Positions 39,064 through 48,853 of a stretch of DNA of 64,000 nt are shown piece by piece. The translations under genes were made by a program, and so were the position numbers. How positions within the stretch are numbered: position 1 is the stretch's first letter; every line of letters begins with the position of its first letter. The notes below the pieces were generated by a model. It was not told the origin of the DNA and did not search any database. It saw only the letters and a list, made by a program, of their open reading frames with translations. The DNA comes from an uncultured Mycoplasmatota bacterium (GTDB taxonomy: Bacteria; Bacillota_I; Bacilli_A; RF39; UBA660): NCBI GenBank assembly GCA_947646095.1, contig CANSFI010000002.1:5132-69131 (forward strand). Direction: 5' to 3'.

Positions 39064-39090
39064 TTAAAAAACATGCTATAAAACATGTTT
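39064..39090 (-). terminator. intrinsic terminator after valS
   Basis: Minus strand has AACATGTTTTATAGCATGTT followed by TTTTT. Confidence 0.5.
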
Positions 39091-41648
39091 TAATTTAATT
39101 TTTCTATTACTATATGTAAATCTTGCTCATCTTTTAATAATGATTTTCTTTCATTTTCAACTATTTCTTTTGGAGCTTTATTTACATATCCTTGATTTGA
39201 AAGTAATTTTTTTCTTCTTTCTATTGAATTTTCTAATCTTTCTTTTTCTTTAATTAAATTAGTTTTTTCTTCTTCACTCATACTTCCATCATAATAAATT
39301 GATACAACTGTATTATCAAAATTAACATCTATTTTAGTCAATGTATTATCATTATTTTCTTTAACTATATTTTCTGTTTTTAGCATTCTTTTAATTATGT
39401 CTATATTTTCTAATAACAATTTAGAATCATTATAAGCAATAAGATAATTTTTTATTTTATTTTCTAATTTAATCTTTCTAACTTTTTTTATAAATTCAAT
39501 TATTTCATCCATTTCTTTTTCATCAAATACTTCGTTTTTATTATATTTAGGATAGCTACTTAACATAATGGTTTCTTCATGTTCTGGTAGTTTTTGATAT
39601 ATTTCTTCTGTTACATAAGGCATAAATGGATGAAGAAGGCGAACTATACTACTAATAACATAAATCAATACTGATTTAGTTGTATTACTTTCACTTTTCT
39701 TAGAAAGTTCAATATACCAATCACAAAAATCATTCCAAACAAAACTATAAATTTCTGTTCCTACTACATTAAATTCAAATTTATCCATATGATTTCTCAC
39801 AGTTTTAATTGTTTTATTAAGTTTAGTTAATATCCATTTATCACAAATATTTAGATTGTTAAAATTATATTCTTCCATTTTAAAATCTTCTAAATTAATT
39901 AAAACAAAACGAGAAGCATTCCAAAGTTTATTGATAAAATTCCAAGTTGAAGCAACTTTTTCTTCATCATATCTTAAATCGGTTCCATTAGATGTAGAAG
40001 TTGTTAAGAAAAATCTCAAAGAATCAGCTCCGTATTTTTCTATAACATCCATAGGATCTACACCATTACCTAATGATTTAGACATTTTTCTACCTTGTTT
40101 ATCACGAATTAATCCATGAATTAAACAATATTCAAAAGGTCTAGTTTTAGTAAATTCTAATCCCTGAAAAGTCATTCTATTTACCCAAAAAGGTATAATA
40201 TCATAACCTGTTACTAAAACATTATTTGGATAATATCTTTTAAAATCTTCAGTTTCATTACCATCCCATCCTAGAGTTGAAAATGGCCATAATGCAGATG
40301 AAAACCAAGTATCTAATACATCTGGATCTTGTACCCAACCATCTCCAGGGGATTTGAGCTGAACTTTTACTTCTTCGCCTTTATACCAAGCAGGTATTCT
40401 ATGTCCCCACCAAAGTTGTCTTGATATACACCAATCATAAGTTATTTCCATCCAATGATTCATTATTTTTTCAAAACGAGATGGTACAAAATTAATTTTT
40501 GATTCTTTATTTTCCTGATTTTTTAATACTGCATCAGCAAGTGGTCGCATTTTTACAAACCATTGTTTTGACAGATAAGGTTCTATCATCACATCGGTTC
40601 TTTCACTATGTCCAACACTATGTTTAATTGGCTCAATTTGTATTAATAATCCTTTTTTTTCTAAATATTCTACTACTTTTTTACGACATTCAAATCTATC
40701 TAATCCATTATAAATACCTGCATTTTCATTCATAGTTCCATTTGGATTCATAACAATAATGCGTTCTAAATTATGCCGTATTCCAACTTCAAAATCGTTA
40801 GGATCATGTGCAGGAGTTATTTTAACAACACCTGTTCCAAATTTTGGATCAGCATGATTATCACCTACAATAGGTATTAATTTATTAATGATTGGAAGAA
40901 CAACCTTTTTACCAATTAAGTTTTTATATCTTTCATCATTTGGATTAACAGCAACAGCTGTATCACCGAATAAAGTTTCTGGACGAGTTGTTGCGACTTC
41001 TAAATAATTACTTCCATCTTCTAACATGTATTTAATGTGATAGAATGCGCCTTCTACATCTTTATAAATAACTTCTTCGTTAGAAAGGGCTGTCATAGCC
41101 ATTGGATCCCAGTTAATAATTTTTTCTCCTCTATATATTAATCCTTTATTATAAAGTGTTATAAAAACATAATTAACAGCTCTATTTAATCCTTCATCTA
41201 AAGTAAATCTTTCTTTATTATAATCTAATGAAAGTCCTAATTTAGCCCATTGTTCATGAATATTGGAAGCATATTCATCTTTCCAACTCCACGCATGTTC
41301 TAACCATTCTTCTCTTGTTATACTTCTTGGATTAATTCCATTACTCTTTAATTTAGCATCTACTTTAGCTTGTGTAGCAATTCCAGCATGATCCATTCCA
41401 GGAAGCCATAAAGCATCATATCCATCCATTCGTTTATAACGAATAATTATATCTTGTAAAGCTGTATCCCAAGCGTGTCCCAAATGAAGTTTACCAGTTA
41501 CATTAGGTGGAGGTATAACTATGGTATATGGTTTTTTAGATAAATCTCCACTTTTAAAATATCCATTTTCTTTCCAATTATTATATTTATTTTTTTCTAC
41601 TTCTAAATGATTATATTTAGTATCTAACATTTTTATCAACCCTTTCAA
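39090..41648 (-). CDS. valS: valyl-tRNA synthetase
   Basis: [14 protein letters not shown] (HIGH). KMSKSLGN. C-terminal coiled coil. 852 aa. Confidence 0.95.
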   Translation of the reverse strand: MKGLIKMLDTKYNHLEVEKNKYNNWKENGYFKSGDLSKKPYTIVIPPPNVTGKLHLGHAWDTALQDIIIRYKRMDGYDALWLPGMDHAGIATQAKVDAKLKSNGINPRSITREEWLEHAWSWKDEYASNIHEQWAKLGLSLDYNKERFTLDEGLNRAVNYVFITLYNKGLIYRGEKIINWDPMAMTALSNEEVIYKDVEGAFYHIKYMLEDGSNYLEVATTRPETLFGDTAVAVNPNDERYKNLIGKKVVLPIINKLIPIVGDNHADPKFGTGVVKITPAHDPNDFEVGIRHNLERIIVMNPNGTMNENAGIYNGLDRFECRKKVVEYLEKKGLLIQIEPIKHSVGHSERTDVMIEPYLSKQWFVKMRPLADAVLKNQENKESKINFVPSRFEKIMNHWMEITYDWCISRQLWWGHRIPAWYKGEEVKVQLKSPGDGWVQDPDVLDTWFSSALWPFSTLGWDGNETEDFKRYYPNNVLVTGYDIIPFWVNRMTFQGLEFTKTRPFEYCLIHGLIRDKQGRKMSKSLGNGVDPMDVIEKYGADSLRFFLTTSTSNGTDLRYDEEKVASTWNFINKLWNASRFVLINLEDFKMEEYNFNNLNICDKWILTKLNKTIKTVRNHMDKFEFNVVGTEIYSFVWNDFCDWYIELSKKSESNTTKSVLIYVISSIVRLLHPFMPYVTEEIYQKLPEHEETIMLSSYPKYNKNEVFDEKEMDEIIEFIKKVRKIKLENKIKNYLIAYNDSKLLLENIDIIKRMLKTENIVKENNDNTLTKIDVNFDNTVVSIYYDGSMSEEEKTNLIKEKERLENSIERRKKLLSNQGYVNKAPKEIVENERKSLLKDEQDLHIVIEKLN

Positions 41649-41876
41649 TTAAACAAAAAAAACACACCCATAAGGACGTGATTTACGTGGTACCACCTTA
41701 ATTTATAAACTATTGTTTACCTTAAATATTTAACGCATATATACGGATTATTCTACTAATTTCAAACAATCAACTCCCAAGCTACCTTCAATTATTTTTC
41801 TTTAAGAAAAGTTTTCAGTCGATGACTTTTCCTCCCTAATAAATACTAAATAATTTACTCCTCTTGTTCTAAGTTT
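41649..41876 (-). promoter_or_regulatory. T-box leader of valS
   Basis: Minus strand has AGAGGAG, candidate Val specifier (GTCA), F-box variant GCGTTA, T-box TAAGGTGGTACCACGT, then TTTTTTTT. Confidence 0.55.
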
Positions 41877-41882
41877 TTTATT

Positions 41883-41911
41883 ATTATAATTAAAATAATT
41901 ATAAAAGTCAA
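41883..41911 (-). promoter_or_regulatory. sigma-A promoter of the valS leader
   Basis: Minus strand reads TTGACT, 17 nt spacer, TATAAT. Confidence 0.45.
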
Positions 41912-42128
41912 TTGTTTTTATAAATTAATACCCAGACACATTAAAATTTAAAGAATAAACTATTATTAGGTGATTTTCATGTGTAACAATAATAATAGAT
42001 GGTGGTTTAACAGAGGTAAATGGTTATTTTGTTTATTTGTTTTTTCTATTATATTTTTTTATCAAATTATTTTTACCTTTTTTATTTTAACTAGATTTAA
42101 TATATTTTTATGTTTTGTTTTTTGGTTA

Positions 42129-43025
42129 TTAATTATTTGGAGTATTTTTAGAATAATATGGTGAAACTAATGTTTCTGTTCGATAAATACTATCAATTAA
42201 ATAATTTGTTTGTTTAGTTAGATCATATTCACTATCAACTAATTCTAATTTATCTGGTAAGGCTATTAAAACAAAGAACAGTTTTCTTTCTTCTTCTGTT
42301 AATGGATAATTTTTTTCATATCTTTTTAAAATATCTATAAAATTAAATTCACTAAAATGTCGTTTATATAATTTGTATAAGTCAAATATAGGTTTATCTA
42401 TTTTTGTTTTATCCCAACTAATTAAATATGAACTTTTATTCCTCAAAAAATGACTTAAATCAAGATTGTTATGTACTACTACATAACGATCCTTTTTTTT
42501 GTTTTTAACAAGTTCATACCATTTTTCTATTTCTGATTTAGAAAAATTTAATGCAGCATATATTTTAGAAATATTTCTAGCTAGTAAGTATTCTGATGGA
42601 CTCATAAATATTTTTGATTCTATCATTGTTATTAAATCTGTATAATAGCTATATAAATATGCGATATTATTATTTATATCTTCATATATTTCTTTATAAT
42701 GTGCTTTATCTACTTCTTTATAGTGAGTTGTCTTATTGTGCAAAAGAGTAACTATATCTATTAAATCAATCATTTTTTGTTCTTTAGGAATGGAAGCCTC
42801 TTCAATATATTCTAATATTTCATATTTGTCATTAAAGTCATTGAGAATATTAGGAAAATAATTAAAGTTTCTAGATTCTAAATAATCAAATATTTGTTTA
42901 TTTCTATTATTATTTTTAATTACAAAACGCCCATCTTTTGTATCTATGTAAGTTACTTTACCATTTTTTTCATATCGATGTGGTTTTAGAGCGTATTTTT
43001 TTAAAACTTCATTAAGACTTAACAC
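42129..43025 (-). CDS. CotS/aminoglycoside-phosphotransferase-like kinase-fold protein (spore-coat associated family)
   Basis: VVHNNLDLSHF...LISWDKTKIDKPIFDL matches the HxDxxxxN...(I/L)IDWE pattern of CotS-family proteins. Confidence 0.45.
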   Translation of the reverse strand: MLSLNEVLKKYALKPHRYEKNGKVTYIDTKDGRFVIKNNNRNKQIFDYLESRNFNYFPNILNDFNDKYEILEYIEEASIPKEQKMIDLIDIVTLLHNKTTHYKEVDKAHYKEIYEDINNNIAYLYSYYTDLITMIESKIFMSPSEYLLARNISKIYAALNFSKSEIEKWYELVKNKKKDRYVVVHNNLDLSHFLRNKSSYLISWDKTKIDKPIFDLYKLYKRHFSEFNFIDILKRYEKNYPLTEEERKLFFVLIALPDKLELVDSEYDLTKQTNYLIDSIYRTETLVSPYYSKNTPNN

Positions 43026-43752
43026 TTGGAATAATTAATTTATCACCTATTTTTATTTCTTTTAAATCATTATAAAGTTCTAATTGTTCTTTAGAAATAC
43101 TATATTTAACCATAATATTTTCTAAACTGTCACCTTCTCTTACAATACAAATTCTATATGATGCATAAACTTCCTCACTTGTAACATTATCAAATAAAGA
43201 TTTAACAGTTTCTTCTTCAATACATCTTTTTGTTTCTTCTTTTTCTTCACTATTTTCCACTTTTATTTCCATTTCCTCCTTTTCTATTTTATTTTCCTTT
43301 ATTTCAGTCTTGATTTCATTATGTGTTATTTCTGCTTTTTCATTTCTACTTTCTTCTATAGTTTCTGTTTCTTCTAAGGTTTGTTCTATTTCTTCTATTT
43401 TCCTTTCCTCTTTTAATATTAATGGTTGTTCTTCTAGTTTATCTATACTAACTTCTATGTTAACTGATAAAATTTTACTATTGATTATTTCATAATAAAA
43501 ATCATTAATATCTATTATTGCTTTATCTAATATATATTTTTCATCCATATTTATATCAAAAGGAATATTATATATAAATGGTTCTGTATTAGTGCTATCA
43601 TCGTTCATTAAATAATCACCACTAATAATAAATTCTCCAGTTATTATTTTATCTCCTTCATAATGTAGTGTATGTTCTAAAGAAATACTTGTTATTTCTG
43701 ATAAATTACTTTTAAAAATAATTTCTTTTTTAAACGGTACTATTTTTTTCAT
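43012..43752 (-). CDS. LysM-domain sporulation protein, SpoVID/SipL-like
   Basis: C-terminal LysM (YRICIVREGDSLENIMVKYSISKEQLELYNDLKEIKIGDKLIIP). Acidic E-rich middle. Located next to CotS-like and other sporulation genes. Confidence 0.45.
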   Translation of the reverse strand: MKKIVPFKKEIIFKSNLSEITSISLEHTLHYEGDKIITGEFIISGDYLMNDDSTNTEPFIYNIPFDINMDEKYILDKAIIDINDFYYEIINSKILSVNIEVSIDKLEEQPLILKEERKIEEIEQTLEETETIEESRNEKAEITHNEIKTEIKENKIEKEEMEIKVENSEEKEETKRCIEEETVKSLFDNVTSEEVYASYRICIVREGDSLENIMVKYSISKEQLELYNDLKEIKIGDKLIIPSVKS

Positions 43753-43808
43753 AAATATTTCCTCCTATCTATTAAAATATATTAAAAAAAAGATAATTTA
43801 TGATCATA

Positions 43809-46133
43809 TTAATTATCTTTCAACATTTTATATACTTCTTTATAATTTTTTACTGGTATATATTTTATTTTATCTTTTATTTCTTTTGGTATTTCATCTA
43901 AATCTCTTAAGTTATCTTTAGGTATGAATATAACTTTTATATCATTTCTAAAAGCTCCTATACTTTTTTCTTTTAATCCACCTATTGGAAGAACCGTCCC
44001 TTTAAGAGTAATTTCTCCTGTCATAGCTATTTTTTTAGGTATTTTTAAATTAGAAAATGCACTTATTAATGCTGTTGTTAGAGTAATACCTGCAGATGGT
44101 CCATCTTTAGGAATAGCCCCATCAGGAACATGAATATGAATATCATTATTAATTAAGTCATCATAGTTTATATTAAATTTTTCATAGTTAGTTTTTATAT
44201 AACTTACTGCTATCTTAGCACTTTCTTTCATAACATCACCTAAGGAACCTGTTAAAACTAAATTACCATTTCCTTTATAATAACTAACCTCTATAGGTAA
44301 TGTATCTCCTCCATAACTTGTATAAGCAAGACCATTTACTACACCTATTTCATAATTATTTTCATTATTATTAAAATGATATTTCTTTTTGCCTAAATAT
44401 GCATCAATATTATTTTTGTTTATTTTTACTTCAATGTTATTATCTTTGCTTTTAACTACTTCAACAACTACTTTACGAATTATTTTAGATATTAATCTTT
44501 CTAATTCACGGACACCAGCTTCTTTTGTATAGTGTCTTATAATAAACATTAATACATCATCATCAAATTCTATGTTATTTTTATTTAATCCATGTTCTTT
44601 AATTACTTTGGGAATTAAATATCTTTTAGCTATATCCAATTTTTCATATTCTGTATATCCACTAAGTTCAATTATTTCTAAACGGTCTTTTAAAGGTTCT
44701 GGTATATTTTCGATATAATTAGCAGTCAATATAAACATTACTTTAGATAAATCATATTCTTCTTCAATATAATTATCGCTAAAATATTTATTTTGTTCAG
44801 GATCTAATACTTCTAAAAGAGCGCTTGATGGATCACCTTTTATATCTTTTGTCATTTTATCAATTTCATCTATAAGAAAAACTGGGTTAATACTTTTTGA
44901 TTTTTTCATTCCTCCGATTATTCTTCCTGGTTGAGCTCCTAAGTAAGTTCTACGGTGACCCATAATTTCTGATTCATCATTTACTCCACCGACTGATATT
45001 TTAACAAAATTTCTATTCATTGCTTCTGCTATTGAAAACGCTAATGAAGTTTTTCCTACTCCTGGAGGTCCTACTAAACATATAATTGGTCCACGTAAAC
45101 TATCAGTCAATTGTTTTACAGCTAAATATTCTAATATACGGGATTTTACATTTTTAAGTCCATAGTGAGATCTATCTAGTATGTTTTTTACATTAATTAA
45201 ATTATCATTATCTTTAGTTTCTATATTCCAAGGTAAACTTAATAACCAATTTATATAATTTTCAATTATATTAACTTCTGGAGACATTTGACTTAAAGAC
45301 TCTAATCTTTCTACTTCTTTTAATAATCTATTTTTTATATGAATTGGTGCTTTTAAATTATTTATTTTATCTTTAAGTTCATCTACCTGATCTTCTTTTA
45401 ATGTTTTATCTCCAAGTTCTTTTTTTATTAATTTTATTTTTTCTCTTAAAATATAGTCTTTTTGTGAATTTTCTAATTCTTCACGCACCCTAACATCTAA
45501 TTTTTTTTCTATCGCAAACATTTCTTTTTCTGTATATATATCTTGTAGGATCATTTGTGATCTTTTATAGGCAGAAGTTTCTTTTAAGTACATTTGCATT
45601 CTACCTATTTCAATAGGTAAATTAGGAGCAACAATATCAGTCATTTTGGATAAATTACTAACATTTATAATTATTGACAAAATACTATTACTCATATATG
45701 GAACTGTTTTTATATATGATTCTACTTCTTTATATAGTTTTCTAGTTAAAGCTTTTTCTTGTTTTTCATCACTTATTTCTAATTCTATTTCACTAACTAT
45801 CGCTTCTAATACTTCTGAAGATTTATTTAGGTTTAAATATTCATGTATTTTAGCTCTTTTAATACCTGTTATTATTACTCTAGTCTTACCATTAGGTAAT
45901 TCCATTTTATGACTTATTTTAGCCATTACACCTATTTTAGGTAATTCTTTAACATTAGGAACTTCTTCTAAAGGATTATTTTGACTAACAACTAAAATGT
46001 TGTTATCATGAAAAAGTTCTGATACATCTATTATATTTTTACTATCATCACTATCAAATTCTAGTCTAATGTCATTATTAGGTAATAAAACTATACCTCT
46101 AAGAAGGATTACTGGTAGATCTGTTTTTATCAA
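43809..46133 (-). CDS. lonA: ATP-dependent Lon protease
   Basis: GPPGVGKTS Walker A. Catalytic DGPSAG serine motif. LON N-domain. 774 aa. Confidence 0.95.
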   Translation of the reverse strand: MIKTDLPVILLRGIVLLPNNDIRLEFDSDDSKNIIDVSELFHDNNILVVSQNNPLEEVPNVKELPKIGVMAKISHKMELPNGKTRVIITGIKRAKIHEYLNLNKSSEVLEAIVSEIELEISDEKQEKALTRKLYKEVESYIKTVPYMSNSILSIIINVSNLSKMTDIVAPNLPIEIGRMQMYLKETSAYKRSQMILQDIYTEKEMFAIEKKLDVRVREELENSQKDYILREKIKLIKKELGDKTLKEDQVDELKDKINNLKAPIHIKNRLLKEVERLESLSQMSPEVNIIENYINWLLSLPWNIETKDNDNLINVKNILDRSHYGLKNVKSRILEYLAVKQLTDSLRGPIICLVGPPGVGKTSLAFSIAEAMNRNFVKISVGGVNDESEIMGHRRTYLGAQPGRIIGGMKKSKSINPVFLIDEIDKMTKDIKGDPSSALLEVLDPEQNKYFSDNYIEEEYDLSKVMFILTANYIENIPEPLKDRLEIIELSGYTEYEKLDIAKRYLIPKVIKEHGLNKNNIEFDDDVLMFIIRHYTKEAGVRELERLISKIIRKVVVEVVKSKDNNIEVKINKNNIDAYLGKKKYHFNNNENNYEIGVVNGLAYTSYGGDTLPIEVSYYKGNGNLVLTGSLGDVMKESAKIAVSYIKTNYEKFNINYDDLINNDIHIHVPDGAIPKDGPSAGITLTTALISAFSNLKIPKKIAMTGEITLKGTVLPIGGLKEKSIGAFRNDIKVIFIPKDNLRDLDEIPKEIKDKIKYIPVKNYKEVYKMLKDN

Positions 46134-46263
46134 GTTTTCACCTCCTAATGAAATTGATTTATATTATAGTACAAAATAAATTAAATGTCTATGAATTTTA
46201 CTAGAAATTTTTGACAAAAAATAAGGAAGCTTTTAATTCCTTATTTTCATATTTTATTATCAA

Positions 46264-47787
46264 CTATTTTTTTACTTTTATTACTGGTCTTATATAGTTA
46301 TTTGTATAACCACCATTAGTGTATATAGAGTCACTACTAAAACATTTATCGGTAGATACAGTCATAAAGATGTTACTATGTCCTGTAGTTGATGTCCAAT
46401 AATATGAGTTAGATAAATTTGTAGTTAAATATGATGGGCAGCTACCATTATAAGCAGTACATCCTAATTTTTGAGCTTCTGCACCTGATAGGATTCGTGC
46501 TTTGATATCAGTTACTTTTATAGGTTGATAATTGATAGAAGTAGCATTCCAAGCATTTACTTTATCATCTTCTAACGTATAGTCAAAGCTTTCTATATTA
46601 GTCCAATCATTTGTTCTTTCCTTTAATTTCTTTAATATTGTAAGTGGACCTTTTTCTACATTTCCATTGTTTCCCCAATTTGTTCCTCCTGCGGCTTCAT
46701 AGTCTTCTTGGATTATAGAAGCTACCTTTTCACCTAAATTTCTATCCATTATTAATGTAAGGTAATTACCATCATCATTAATTACATAAAAATTATAACT
46801 TGTGGTGTCATTTACTTTAACATTTACTAAAGTTCCATTGGAACAAGTACCTGTTTTTATACAACTATTTGCTGATGTTAATATAGGCTCTTTTACTGTA
46901 ACATTGATTTCTTTTTTTATCTTTGTATTAGAACTTGATGTTACTATTACTTTAGTTGTACCAGTATTTATGGCAGTTATTACTCCATTATTTACTGTAG
47001 CTATACTTTCATCGTTACTTTTCCAAATTAATTCTTTATCCTTAGCGTCATCTGGTTTTGGTGTGGCTGTTACTATTTTAGTTTCTCCTATATTCAATGT
47101 TATATTTATATTATCGACTTCTATAGATGTTACTGATTGATTTACTGTAACATTTACTTCTTTTTTTATATTACTTCCATCAAGGGTTTCTACTATTACT
47201 TTTACTGTTCCTTTTCCTACACCTATTAATTTTCCATTTTCTACTTTCACTATTTTTTCATCTAAACTTGTTATTTTTAACTCTTTATTAGTAGCACTAC
47301 TTGGTTCTATATTTACTTTTAATGTATATTCTTCTTCTGTATTTATTTGAATATTATTTTCTTCTATTTTTAAATCTTTTATTTCTATTGGAATTATACA
47401 ATTTTTTACATTATTGCTTATTTTTACATCATCTTCATTTAATCCTTTTGTAGCACAATACTTTCCATTTGTTATAGCAAGTTCTATTTTTCCTTTTTTA
47501 TTTATTTTCATACTTCCACCAGTTGGTTTGGTTCCTTTTATATCTAAACCATCTGCTTCTGGAAATGAAAAAGATATTTCTTCAATAACCACATTTGGTT
47601 CTAATAATTTATTGGTATAATAAAGTTCTGCTGCTTTTATTACTCCATATGCTGAATCTTTAAATGCACTTCTATTTGCTTTTTCTATTATGTTCATTAT
47701 TACTGGTATTGTTATCAAAGCAACGATTGATAATATTATAATTACAGCAAGTAATTCTATTAATGTAAATCCTTTATTCTTTTTCAT
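46264..47787 (-). CDS. type IV pilin-like protein fused to Big_2 domains (family member P4, 507 aa)
   Basis: MKKNKGFTLIELLAVIIILSIVALITIPVIMNI... Two Big_2-like repeats. Its 5' 180 nt are ~80% identical at DNA level to P1. Confidence 0.75.
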   Translation of the reverse strand: MKKNKGFTLIELLAVIIILSIVALITIPVIMNIIEKANRSAFKDSAYGVIKAAELYYTNKLLEPNVVIEEISFSFPEADGLDIKGTKPTGGSMKINKKGKIELAITNGKYCATKGLNEDDVKISNNVKNCIIPIEIKDLKIEENNIQINTEEEYTLKVNIEPSSATNKELKITSLDEKIVKVENGKLIGVGKGTVKVIVETLDGSNIKKEVNVTVNQSVTSIEVDNINITLNIGETKIVTATPKPDDAKDKELIWKSNDESIATVNNGVITAINTGTTKVIVTSSSNTKIKKEINVTVKEPILTSANSCIKTGTCSNGTLVNVKVNDTTSYNFYVINDDGNYLTLIMDRNLGEKVASIIQEDYEAAGGTNWGNNGNVEKGPLTILKKLKERTNDWTNIESFDYTLEDDKVNAWNATSINYQPIKVTDIKARILSGAEAQKLGCTAYNGSCPSYLTTNLSNSYYWTSTTGHSNIFMTVSTDKCFSSDSIYTNGGYTNNYIRPVIKVKK

Positions 47788-47849
47788 ATTTTTAATCTCC
47801 TATTATATTTTTTATTATACAGAATATTTTTTTAAATTAAAATTATAAC

Positions 47850-47871
47850 ATAAAAAGAGCTTTAAGCTCTT
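47850..47871 (-). terminator. intrinsic terminator of efp (hairpin embeds the stop codon)
   Basis: Minus strand has AAGAGCTTAAAGCTCTT followed by TTTAT. Confidence 0.45.
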
Positions 47872-48419
47872 GAATCATATTTACCATCTTTAGTAGATAT
47901 AACAATATTTTCATTTTCTTCAATAAATAATGGAACTTTCACTACTAAACCATTTTCAAGCTCTGCTTCTTTTTGTGCATTATTAGTAGTATTTCCCTTA
48001 ACTGCTGGTTCAGTTTTAGTTACTTTATATTCTATTTTTTCAGGTAATTCTATACCTAACATTTCACCTTGATAAAAAGTAATATATACATTAATACCTT
48101 CTTTTAAATATTTAGCATTTTCACCTATTTGATCAGCTGATAAGTCAATTTGTTCATAAGTTTCCATATTCATAAAATTGAAACTATCCCCACTAGAATA
48201 TAAGTATTGCATTCCTACTTTTTCAATCATAGCTTTTTCTAATTTAATACTTGTATTAAAAGTTTTTTCAACAGTTGATCCTGTTCTTAAATTACGTAAT
48301 TTAGCTTTAACAAAAGCAGCACCTTTTCCAGGTTTTACATGCATAAACTCTAATACTTGATAAATATTGTCTTCAAATAAAAAAGTTATTCCATTCTTTA
48401 TATCATTAATATTAAACAT
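47862..48419 (-). CDS. efp: elongation factor P
   Basis: 185 aa with KPGKGAAFVKAKLRNL (conserved loop Lys). Confidence 0.9.
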   Translation of the reverse strand: MFNINDIKNGITFLFEDNIYQVLEFMHVKPGKGAAFVKAKLRNLRTGSTVEKTFNTSIKLEKAMIEKVGMQYLYSSGDSFNFMNMETYEQIDLSADQIGENAKYLKEGINVYITFYQGEMLGIELPEKIEYKVTKTEPAVKGNTTNNAQKEAELENGLVVKVPLFIEENENIVISTKDGKYDSRA

Positions 48420-48526
48420 ACTTACTATCCTTTCTGTTATAGAAAATTTTAATTTTTGAATTGTTTTTATAGAATCAATTTTTTACTTTTAATTAGTTGA
48501 TGTATTTCTAAAACGACTCATAATTA

Positions 48527-48694
48527 TTATTTTTTTTCTTTATGTGTTGTTGATTTTCTACATTTTGGACAGAATTTTTTTAATTCTAAACGATCAGGTG
48601 TATTTTTTTTATTTTTTTCTGTACGTTTATTTTCTGATTTACATTCAGTACATTGAAGAGTAATTCCTCCTCTGTTTTCTCCTTTTTTTGGCAT
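48527..48694 (-). CDS. rpmG: 50S ribosomal protein L33
   Basis: Hand translation is [55 protein letters not shown] (zinc-ribbon L33). RBS AAGGAGG. It is below the ORF-track cutoff. Confidence 0.85.
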   Translation of the reverse strand: MPKKGENRGGITLQCTECKSENKRTEKNKKNTPDRLELKKFCPKCRKSTTHKEKK

Positions 48695-48853
48695 AATTAA
48701 CCTCCTTTTTGAATAATCATGAACATATTATAACAGATTATTTATAAAATTAAAAGTATTTTTGTTAAAGTTATTAAAGGGAAAACTAAATTTCTTTTAT
48801 ATTTATATGAGGCTATACAAATGATAAATTATTTTAAACAAGTAAATTAAAGA

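Noticed and set aside
41970-42164. 64-aa Trp/Phe-rich hydrophobic ORF with AGGTGA RBS, divergent from the valS leader
   Set aside because: It could be a real small membrane protein, but its composition reflects the poly-T template. It also overlaps the 3' end of the CotS-like gene on the other strand. Evidence is insufficient.
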